DNA of 37,023 bases. Source: Basidiobolus meristosporus CBS 931.73. Lineage: Eukaryota; Fungi; Basidiobolomycota. The stretch spans positions 1 to 37,023 of the forward strand of contig MCFE01000776.1 in assembly GCA_002104905.1 (NCBI GenBank), given 5' to 3'. The notes beneath the pieces are model-generated. The model did not search any database, was not told where the DNA came from, and worked only from the letters and a program-made list of their open reading frames with translations. The translations under genes and the position numbers were made by a program. Positions 1 to 9,940 of the stretch are shown here, piece by piece; position 1 is the stretch's first letter, and each line of letters begins with the position of its first letter.

Positions 1-117
1 TGGAGAAAGTGGCAAAGTTAAGGCAGTAAATGAGTCCTACAGTGACTAAGACTAGCCTAGAATTGTTAAGTAAATTTTTAGCTGCTGAATGATACCAAAT
101 AGTCCAATATTTCAACA
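1..117 (-). repeat. Partial Copia-type LTR in inverted orientation (runs off the window edge)
   Basis: Reverse complement of 1-117 matches 424-540 with 3 mismatches; begins TGTTGAAATATTGG on the minus strand. Confidence 0.9.
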
Positions 118-423
118 GAGGCTATATGGCTACAAAAATTATTCAAAGACTTAGGTTTTAATTCAGGTGAACCAACATGTATCTACAAGGATAAGCAAAG
201 TTTTATTTCATTAGCTAAAAATCCTACTAATCATGCCAGAACTAAGCACATTGATATACAGCATCACTTTGTGAAGGAAGCTGTAGAAAATAACTTAGTG
301 AAGCTGGTTCACTGACCAACTGACAAAATGGTGGCAGACATATTGACAAAACCACTAGCTAGGTTACAGTTTGAGATCCTTAGAGAGAAATTGGGATTAA
401 TGAATTATTTAGTTGAGGGGGAG
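118..423 (+). pseudogene. Ty1/Copia RNase H 3' fragment with polypurine tract
   Basis: Translates EAIWLQKLFKDLG...NPTNHARTKHIDIQHHFVKEAV...PTDKMVADILTKPL, the canonical Copia RNase H C-terminus, with an internal stop. PPT AGTTGAGGGGGAG at 411-423. Confidence 0.95.
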
Positions 424-601
424 TGTCGAAATATTGGACTATTTAGTATCATTCAGCAGCTCAAAATTTACTTAACAATTCTAGGCTAGTCTTAGTCACT
501 GTAGGACTCATTTACTGCCTTAACTTTGCCACTTTCTCCAGATATGTGATCTTATGATTATTCCCCTATAGTCAGGATCAAATTAGCACTATTACCAAAC
601 A
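424..601 (+). repeat. Copia 3' LTR (right boundary uncertain)
   Basis: Starts with TG immediately after the PPT. The end is guessed at ...ACCAAACA (601). Confidence 0.7.
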
Positions 602-621
602 TTATGTACTAACCCTGAAAC

Positions 622-792
622 TGTTACGGAATGCTCCTGAATGTTGAGAAACCCTCCCTACTTAGTGTTGCAGCTGTATTACTTCTACAAAGGTATAAAT
701 ACTGAGCTTCTTTATGAATAAACAACAGTTCAACTATTATCACTCTTTCTTGATAAGTTCCTTATATCCAAATCACTTCTTAAATTGCAACA
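622..792. repeat. Short LTR-like segment
   Basis: TGTTAC...GCAACA ends, internal TATAAATA and AATAAA; no matching TSD found. Confidence 0.4.
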
Positions 793-3405
793 GATCCCAT
801 TAAGAGACTGTCATAATACTGTTACAAGTCTTGGTATAAGAGTTGTAGAGGAATAGGGAGTTTAGCTAGTATTGTACTCACTAAAACTTGAACTGATCTT
901 TATTGAGATTCCAGCAGCCCCTTACATACATTTTGCCAGATCAATTGCTGACTAATTGTATTTCCTAATGTAGGCTGTGGCTGATGATTCATTTGATTGC
1001 ATCATCATCACCCAATAAGGTCCTACCTAATATATCTATATCTGTCTGATAAGGATCTGCGGATTCATTAGCTGACTAATGTTACTGATTTGATAGATAA
1101 TACTGATATACTGACAACCTAAACAAAAGCTAGTTCATTTAACTAAAAACTGATCTACCTTAAATATTCAAGCGGCAGATCATAACAATACCAGCAGCTT
1201 GGAATCAATGACCCTCTTAACAATCTTACAACAGGATCACAATGCCATTTTGCTATTCTACTACCAAGTAAAGTGATAAAAATTGACCAGATTTGATTGT
1301 TGCTATGACAATAATTGCATTGTATTGTTGTGGTCTTATTGTGCTCTACAACTATTGAAATGGATCCAACTGGCTAGAACATCTAATTGTCTCATATGGC
1401 AAGAAACTTGGCAATATTTCACCAGCCTCACACCAAGTCTCAGAAGGCATTATATCAGCAGCCTGGCGGCCTACAGCTGGTTCTTTACATTGCAACCATA
1501 CCAATTGACCAAATGGCATTTTTTTTTCTACCACCCCTTGTGCAATTCTTATATTCCACTGTAGAATAACCCCTATTGGCCTCCTGTTTGCTAACCTCTA
1601 CAAAAGCGCACACCTGCCATAATTGACATACTTCTATCACCTCAACTTTACAGCTGTTTAGTGTAATACTTGCAAAGTTGCCATATATCTTGTACTACTG
1701 GTAACATATACATCTTGCAAACGCATGCTTGGTTGTTGCTACTTCTGCTATGAATATCTCTTGAATATCCGCAGAGAACTTCTTGGCATTTAGCCAATAT
1801 ATTAGTTCTCCCGGCTGGACTCTGTTCCTCCTTATTAGGGTGCTCTGGCTCTTGTTTTTGTAAATTCTGTATTGAATGGTGCAGATGCTGGCATGAGATC
1901 AAGAGAAATCCGGCATACCTTGGTAGAGTTATGCTAGTAAAAATTGGTTGCTTGTTGCACCCCACCCAAATTTGCATTATTTAACTGATTACCCACATAT
2001 TGGTGCTGCTTAGCTTCTTAAAGCCATAGGCTTAGGTATCTCCATACTGCCATTTGTCCTCAGTATTTTTCAACCCTTCCTGGCTCTCCTCCATGTGCCA
2101 ACTCAACAAATTCATGACAGACTTGAAGGTAATACTCTTGATGAGATTGAGATATGGTAGCACCTGAAACTTGACTTGTCTTCCTATCTCCCCACACATT
2201 CACCCCACAGGAAACCCCCAAAAGGTGAAGCAAGGCCCAATATTCTCCACTCACTGTGCAAGATGGAGTAGAGAATGGAAACAGTAACAGCAGAGATCTA
2301 CGTGTTCAGCTTTATGTTTGTAGTATTGCCACTCAAGTCCCATCACAATCACCTTGCACAACAGCTGTAGATCCATCAAGTAGGCATTGGTGATCTGCTT
2401 CTGGATAAATATTCCTAAAATGTTTACATATAACTCCCAATGCTTCCAATGAGCTCTTGATAGGAATGGCTTCAGAACACCACTTGAATAAAAACATATC
2501 CAGTTCTTCCAGTCTTTGCATTTGTATTGTTGCATATGTGTGTTAATATTGATTGAAGCCTGTGAGAAGCACTTAGGGTAGCAGATACTCTGTAATATCT
2601 TGCCAATTCTATCAAATTTCTCTGGTATCTCAAAGGGCTCATTTAGCTTGAAATGCTCCATGTACAACTTGGTCATCAGTATAGGGATATTGTTGAAAAG
2701 CAAATGCATTGCTCCTAGTGGAAAGCTTTTGCTTCAACAGATACTCTCTATCTTAAGAATCACTAGTTTACAATTGATTCTATATTCCAGCCAACAGCTA
2801 CTAGCTTGCCAACTTTGCTGCATTAACATGCTGACTTATGTATGTTCTCTATGTAGGATAATGATGCTCCTGGTGTTGGTATTTGGGTAATAATAATGTG
2901 GGTGAGTTATGGAGTAGGTCCTCTAGATCTCACACATTTGACAGCAATACTGTCCATTGAGCCCAGAAAAGCCAGCTATCTGGCAGATTGCTGAAGTATC
3001 TTCAATGCAGATAATAATATGGGCTTTGGCATGCCAGCCATTTACTGTTATCCCACTGGAGAGTATACCAGATTCATTCAGTAATACATATAGGCAGGTA
3101 CCCAGGTTCCATGATGATTTAGGCCCAGACACCAGTGAGACTGCCATCAGATTTCTACTTGAATATTGTAAGACAAGCAACAGAGTTGGGCTGATAAGAA
3201 TCAGTGGCTGGCAGGACTTGCTGGTAGAGCAACTGTTTGATGCAAATTCATCCAGTGCCTAGGCAAAGGCATGGTCATACACACCTTCAAAGTAACCTTG
3301 CTTCTTAGCTGTTTGTTATGTTTGCCATTGAATATATTGGATATGTTTGTGCATGATTTATACTGGGTGCATTACTGTATAGTTTTGCAATACTTGCTGT
3401 ATTAC
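793..3405 (-). mobile_element. CMC/CACTA element copy 0, left part: subterminal region plus 3' two-thirds of a transposase pseudogene
   Basis: Colinear with 12830-15095 of the complete copy. ORF fragments include AHIIICIEDTSAICQIAGFSGLNGQYCCQMCEI and KDWKNWICFYSSGVLKPFL...CFHSLLHLAQ. The TIR is missing. Confidence 0.9.
820..1187. mobile_element. Solo LTR, family Y (368 bp)
   Basis: TGTTAC...ATAACA; 4-bp TSD ATAC at 816-819 and 1188-1191; homologous to 6764-7129. Removing it restores the CMC subterminal sequence. Confidence 0.9.
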
Positions 3406-3409
3406 ATAA

Positions 3410-5410
3410 GCTAATGATACTGATATCAGCAAGACAGAAGAGGATCATGTGGTGCACATTGAAAAGGTCTTAAAGAAGCTGAGAGAGAACAAACTATATG
3501 GCAAGCTAGCCAAGTGTGAATTCTCCAAGGAACATGTTGAATATCTGGGACACATAGTGACTAGCACAGGAGTGACTCTAGACCCTAAGAAGGTTGAAGT
3601 TATCAAGAATCTGAAGCAGCCCCATAGCATATCAGAACTCAGATCATTCCTTGGAATGGTCTCCTATTATTGGAGAGTTGCCAAGTCCTTTGCAAGTATA
3701 GCAGCCCCTTTAATTGATATTCTCAAGAAAGACAATACCTACAAGTGGGAAATAGCTTGTGAGATGGCTTTCCAGACACTCAAGGATGAACTTGCTCAGC
3801 TGCCAAGCTTAAGAATACCTGGCTTCAGAAAAGAGTTTATTCTATGCACAGATGCTTCAGATTATGAAATTGGTGGAGTGTTGAGCCAAGAACTCAAGGG
3901 AAAGGACTCCCCAGATGCCTTTGAATACAAGAACCTGAACTCAGCAGGACAGAACTATCCAGTGCATGAGAAGGAGATGCTTGCTATAGTATACATTCAG
4001 CAATTTGATTTGGAGAATGTCTACTACCCTGGGAAAAACAACATGGTTGCTGATGCCTTATCAAGATTGGAACATGTTGCACAACTCAACTTGGTGCATG
4101 AACCAGACTGACCTAGCCTATTACCTAAGTACTTGGAGGACCAAGCCACTCCTAATGAGTTGGACAAAGAGATCAAGAAGATAATCTGGGACAAAGCCAG
4201 CAGATTTGTGGTACAGGATGAAACACTCTACCAAATTGTTCATGGGAGCCCTATTACCTATTGCCATTATGTTGCTTGCCTGGATTTAATACATAAGCTA
4301 CACAATGGATATGGACATCCTGGAATTGAAGGAACCTATAGCCTTGTGAAAGCCAGAGCATGGTGACCCAGAGTAAAACAAGAAACTGAGAAGCTAGTGA
4401 CAACATGCCCAAATTGCCGAATCAGCAAGGCCAACCACAGAGAATTGCTGAGCTCTTTCCCTTGGAGCCAGTAAGACTATTTGAAAGATGGGAAATTGAC
4501 TTCATTGGAACATGGTGTAGCAGGGTTGCAGTGACACCCGCTGACAGATGTGCTCATTCCTATATTTTCTACTTCACTATTTCTCTACTACCCTTATTTT
4601 GGTTTTATCCCATTTGTCTTACCTGATCAGTACTATCCCATAAGCCGGTTGACTATCACATGTGCTTACCTTATTGCATAAGTTATTGCCCACTTTATGT
4701 AAGATTACTAGCAGTAAGATCAACATGTGTCACCATCCCTACCATTTCCATACCATATATGGTATCCCTATGTTACACAGGTCTCAGAGTACTAATTCCT
4801 GATTGGTTGGATGTGCTGTGCCTCTTAGTACCTTCTGGCACCTACATTCATAAGTCATTCTGATGTCAATAAGATTTCTATTGATATCCAGAACCTTTTG
4901 GAACACCACAATTAGTAATCACTTGAACAGTAAGAAAAGTACATTGTCATCTCAAAGGGCGCTGAACCCAGCACATACTTTTGTTAAGATGCCAACTAAG
5001 TTGGGAATTTTAGCTCAATGATTTTCCCTTGACAAGCTTGTGGCTTTAATCCCCATCATATTAGATTAGAGACAGAACCCAAGTATTCCTAGCAAGCTTT
5101 TGCCAGAGGTTATTGCACCCAGTGAGCACCCCACACACAAAACACTTGAGAAGTGTTGGACATACCTCTCCCTTGGACCTATTCACCACCACAACAGCCA
5201 ACTACCAGGAAATGCAACTATTGGATCCTAGAAGCCATTGACCATGCCACTAAATGGCCAGTGGCTAAAGCAGTACTTGTAGCCAGTGAGCAAGAAGCTG
5301 CAAGTTTCATCTACCATGAGATCCTTATGAAGTTTGGATGCTCTGTTGAGATTCAATCCAATAGAGGTGCAAACTTAATGGCAAGGACATTGGAAGCTTA
5401 CCTGGAAATG
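3410..5410 (+). pseudogene. Ty3/Gypsy pol fragment 1 (RT 3' end, RNase H, integrase)
   Basis: YGKLAKCEFSKEHVEYLGHIV; FILCTDASDYEIGGVLSQ; integrase zinc finger HNGYGHPG...CPNC; rve motifs WEIDFIG and ILEAIDHATKWPVAKA. Confidence 0.95.
4516..5193. mobile_element. Solo LTR, family X, short variant (678 bp), inside Gypsy integrase
   Basis: TGTAG...CACCACA; flanks ATGG/ACAG; homologous to 6325-7739, 17307-18378 (inverted) and 25795-26517. Removing it rejoins the integrase frame. Confidence 0.92.
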
Positions 5411-5641
5411 CAACAAATGCAGTTGAAGGCACTTTGTTCTTTCCTCTGGTACTTTAAGGTTTCCTCACCCATGTTTTTAGCAGGGGATTCTTCTCCCATG
5501 ACAATATCCCAAAGGCCTCTTTCTTGTTGCTGCATCTTCATCTTTGCCTCCTGCATTTGGTGGTTATATCCATCCAACTTCTCAGCAGAGAGAGAAATTT
5601 CAGTACTAGCAGTATTAGATGTTGCTGAGAGTGACAGCTTG
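5398..5641 (-). pseudogene. Ty1/Copia gag N-terminal fragment
   Basis: EKLDGYNH...KMKMQQQERGLWDIVMGEESP resembles the Copia gag N-terminal (DUF4219/UBN2-type) motif and directly follows the PBS. Confidence 0.85.
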
Positions 5642-5653
5642 GGGCTCATAACC
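5642..5653 (-). promoter_or_regulatory. Copia primer-binding site GGTTATGAGCCC
   Basis: Directly follows the LTR end ...TTACAACA on the minus strand. Resembles the GGTTATGGGCCC PBS of Drosophila copia, which primes from an initiator tRNA-Met fragment. Confidence 0.75.
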
Positions 5654-5930
5654 TGTTGTAAGAGTCTTTAAGATATTGAAAGTGATATGGGAGAGCAAGT
5701 ATATTATATGGTTTTCACTCAATGATTTGTTCAATGTAAAAGTGATAGTTATAATTTTACATGGTCTTGGTATTGCAAGCATGTTAATACGTTAAGAAAG
5801 GTCACAAGAACATGTGGGCAAGATTGGGGCTGTTTGGACAACTTGAAGAATTTTAATGTTCTAGGTACCAGCTATTTTGGTGAAGATATTCTGTGTAAAT
5901 CCCATCAAGGAACTTGGTCAGTATTCCATA
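5654..5930 (-). repeat. Copia 5' LTR (truncated), family shared with 33819
   Basis: Ends TTACAACA before the PBS. Its reverse complement shares GAATACTGACCAA...AAGTTGTCCAAACAGCCCCAA with 33895-33980. Confidence 0.8.
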
Positions 5931-6324
5931 GTAGAACACTGTAGAAGTCCATGAAGCACAACAATGGCGCCAAAAGATCAAGCACACAGAAAAACTTATC
6001 ACAGCATGGGAGAGAGAAGCTGTGGTGCTTACATCCATGCCTAAAAATCAAAAGTCATTGAGGTACCATGAGGTCATTGAGTGCAATGATGCAAGGTGGG
6101 CTAATATTCAAGAGGCCATCAGAAGTCAGGCACTGCATCACCTTGAAGCCAGTACATCATGGGACCATCAGGAACTCAAGGCTAAGCAGAGTGCACTTGA
6201 CCTGTCCCATGAGCAGTATCCTGGATCCAAGTACGCATGTGCATTTTGGGCCAGCCTTGGTATGCTAAGGAAGTAATGCAAGAATAGCAGAAACTATCAA
6301 AGGCAGAACAAACGTGTTCCAGGG

Positions 6325-7739
6325 TGAAGCAGGATCATGGTGACACCCAATGACAAATGTGCTCATTCCCATCTTTTCTACTTTGCTATTTCTCTACCAC
6401 CTTTATTTTAGTTATATCCCATTTGTCTTATCTGAACAGTACTATGCCATAAGCTTGCTTACTATGACACCTGCTTATTTTATTGCATAAGTTATTCCTC
6501 ACTTTATGTATGACTCCTATATGTATGTGCTTCAATAATAGGCAGGTACCCATGCCAGCACCTATCACAAATGACCAACCTGCATCACCATCCCACTAGC
6601 TTTCATTTATTATGTGGTATCCCTGTGTTGCACAGGCTTTGGAATACTATATCAGTGATTGACTAAATGTGCTCTGCCCCTTAGAAGCTTCTGGCGTATT
6701 CCTGGAACATTCCTGGCTCATTTGATGTCATTAAGGTTTCTACTGATCTCTAGAACCTTCTGGTGTTACAAGTCTTGGTATAAGAGTTGTAGAGGAATAG
6801 AGAGTTTAGCTAGTGATGAATTCACTAGAACTTGAACTGATTTTTATCAAGGTTCCAGTAGCTCCTTAAATACATTTTGCAAAATCAATTGCTGACTCAT
6901 TGTATTTCTAATATAGGTTGTGGCTGATGACTCATTCAATTGCATCATCATCACCCAATAAGATCCTACTTGATATTTATTCCTGTCTGATCAAGATCTG
7001 CTCATCCATTTGCTGACTAATGCTACTAATTTGATAGATAACATTAATATACTGATAGGCTAAACATATACCTAATTGATTTGACTAAAAGCTGATCTAA
7101 CTTAAATATTCAGGTGGTAGATTATAACACTGGAATACCATGATTAGTAATTGCTTAGCCAGTGAGATAAGTATATAAGGTAGGCAATCCCTTAACAATA
7201 TACTAACTTGTCAATTAGTGTAAACACAGCTATCTGCTACAACCTGAACTTCCAATCCTTAACCACATGATACTCTCAGGTGACTGTGCTGACAGCCAAC
7301 TGACCAGGGTGGCACTTCCAGTGAGGAATACCCAGAGTGCATATCTTTTACCATATTTGATTTTTCTTGAACTTGTTCTTGCACAGGCAAAGATACTTTT
7401 CTGTCTTAGTTACTATTTACACAATTCCATTCTGATCCAGTCCCCTCTGGTGGAGTTTTCAATTATTTTGACTTTGGAAACTTTAGTATATTGTTATCCT
7501 AGAAGATGATGCACCGTGCACATACTTTTGTTTATACACCAACTAAGGTGTCATTTGCAGCTCAATAGTTCTCCCTTGACAAGCTGTGGCTTTATTATCC
7601 TTCACATCAGAGTAGTGACAAAACTCAAGAGTTCCTAGCAAGGCTTTAGTAGAGGTTATTGCATGCAGTGGACACCCCAGACACAAAACTCTGATAAAGT
7701 GTTGAACATATCTCTCCCTTGGACTTATACACAACCACA
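6325..7739. mobile_element. Solo LTR, family X, long variant with nested LTR-Y
   Basis: TGAAG...AACCACA; flanks AGGG/ATGG; about 1045 bp after removing the nested insert; host accessory ORF resumes at 7740. Confidence 0.88.
6764..7129. mobile_element. Solo LTR, family Y (366 bp), nested in LTR-X
   Basis: TGTTAC...ATAACA; perfect 4-bp TSD CTGG at 6760-6763 and 7130-7133. Confidence 0.92.
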
Positions 7740-9189
7740 ATGGCTAAAACCAGCAGCTTTGTCAAGAACTTGTCATAAGCAGGACTGAATGCTCCAAAAA
7801 AATGGCAATGAATAGTCAGGTAGCCAGAAGAATGCCAATAAAGGATAAGCAGGCAGAGATAGATGCATCAGTGCAGCATAAATTAAGGAGAAAACATAGT
7901 TTGATATAAGAAACACTCAATCAACATGGCAGTGAAGGGCCTGAGAGTGATAAAAACCCACAGCTTACTCAGTGGCCCATCACAAGCAGGGCTGAAAGTT
8001 CTAGACAAGTGGCAAAGAAACATCAGATTGTCACAAGAGTGCTGGTATGGGACAAGCAGGCAAAAGCAGACACACCAGTGCAGCATCCATTAAGGAGAAA
8101 ACAAAGAACTATACAAGAAGCACCCAGTCAAAGTATTGGTGTATGACTTGGCAGTGAGCAAGGTAAATGGTAACAACAAAAAAGTCTACCCAAGCCAGTG
8201 ATAGGGAACTGTGAGAAAAAAGCTGTAGCTCTCACCAATTAAAGCTGTCTGCTCAGAACAGCCTGAATCCCATCATAGCCAAGAAGAATTATCATCAAGA
8301 CCAAAGCTTTCTTCTCAAGAGTTAGAGGTGCAGTCAGTTGGTCTACACTCCAGTGAGGTAGATAGGTTTGCTGAGAAAAGCAACTTGTCTTCCACTCCCT
8401 CCACATCCTCAATTGATGATAGAATGGAGATACAACTGGCAGACAATGCAACAATGTCATGAATTCAAAATACTATCACAATGCCTACAGTGAAATTTTG
8501 GACCATTAATAGGCACACTAGGAGGTTGCATCACATCTTCAACAGCAGTGTAGAAGAAAATGCCCTTGAATATTGCAAGATCTTTTTCAAAGAGTGGCAG
8601 ATGTGGTGCCAGACCTTGCTGAGCCAGCTGAAGACCAGGGCATATGGGACCAGAGAATGAGCAATGGCATAAAGCCATAGGGCTCCTGCCAAAGTCATGG
8701 AAAGATTGTGGTACAGCGGAAATAATTATTTCATAGAAGATTTTGATGGAACTACTTATTGAGTGTGGCTTTGTGCTTATTATAGTGTTGGGTATTGGGA
8801 CTTGTATTGGTCAACACAACTGGCAATTGAAGCTCAACTGAAGCTTCAACAGAAACAAATCTAATTGTATGCATTAAAAGTGAAAGAATTGGTTGAATCA
8901 GGATGTAAGGAGTCAGACAAAGAAGCTATATCCAATCAATGGACAAAAACATGGAAAGTGATTGAGTGCCCAATATCAGAGAGTGCAAAAATTGGCAGAG
9001 GACCAATCAAAAGTCACCTTTACATAGTTTTGTAGAAAAAATTTGACCAAGTGTTTTGTTAAATCTGGGATGCAATTTTTTTTCAACAGTCTTTGTATTT
9101 TGCCCTGATGGGATCCATACCTCTTAGTCACAGGACTTTACTTTTGTGACAGCCCTCTGATGGGATCCTCACATTTAGTTCTATAGGGT

Positions 9190-9509
9190 ATAGACTCACA
9201 ATATTTGTTAGACAAGCAGGCAAAAATGGATAAATCAGTGCAGCATTCTTCACAGTGAAAATGTAGTACAATACAAGAAGCACTCAGTCAATGTAGTAGT
9301 GAAAGACTTGGCCATGAAAATGGCAAAGTAAAGAAAAGAAAGTCTACCTTAACCAGAAACAGAGAAGTATGAGAGAAATCTGCAGCTCTTGCCAATTAAT
9401 GATGTCAGCCCAGAGCAGGCTGACACACAATATAGCCGAGTACAGTTACCAATAAGACTACTGCTATTCCTATAAGAGCTGAAAGTGCAGCAACTTGAGC
9501 TACACTCTA
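9190..9509 (+). pseudogene. Further fragment of the CMC accessory ORF (repeat unit to C-domain junction)
   Basis: Aligns by eye to about 18470-18770 (GACAAGCAGGC...CAAGAAGCACTCAG...TTGAGCTACACTC). Confidence 0.75.
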
Positions 9510-9940
9510 CCCTATGAAAAATAATTTGGTCCCGCAAGTGGATCTGGTCTGGATCAGCCATTAGGATCTTGCTTGGAAACCGTCATAATACCAGTAGCTT
9601 GGAATTAGTGACCCTCTTGACAATCAAATAATGGGATCACAACAGCACATTGCTGATTTTACTGCCAAATAAAGCTATAAAACTTGACGGGGTTTGATTA
9701 GTGCTGTGACAATAATTGCATGGCATTGTTGCTGTCTTGTAGCACTTTACAAACTTTAAGTGGATCTGATTAGCTAGGATACTCAATTGCCTTATATGGT
9801 AAAAAACTTGACAGTATATCAACAGCCTCACAGCTTGACTCTAAAAGCATTATTGAGGCAGTATGGTGGCCTACAGCTAGTTTTGCATAATGCTGCCATA
9901 CCAATTTACTAAATGGTGTTTCCTTTTTCTACCTCCCTAG
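9510..9940 (-). mobile_element. CMC/CACTA terminal fragment (transposase-side end)
   Basis: Starts CCCTATGAAAAATAATTTGG like 12746 and 29041; homology lasts about 430 bp. Confidence 0.85.

Larger units (their letters stand above)
5935..9188 (+). mobile_element. CMC/CACTA element copy 0, right part: decayed accessory ORF and right TIR
   Basis: Homologous to 16690-19615 (RWANIQEAIRSQALHHLEASTSWDHQELKAKQ; two repeat units; C-terminal domain); ends ...CTATAGGG at 9188. Confidence 0.88.

Noticed and set aside
564-570. CCCTATA as the missing left TIR of copy 0
   Set aside because: Not followed by the GAAAAATAATTTGG end sequence; probably inside the Copia LTR.
5153-5671. 172-aa ORF as a real gene
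   Set aside because: Chimera of LTR-X end, Gypsy integrase and antisense Copia gag.
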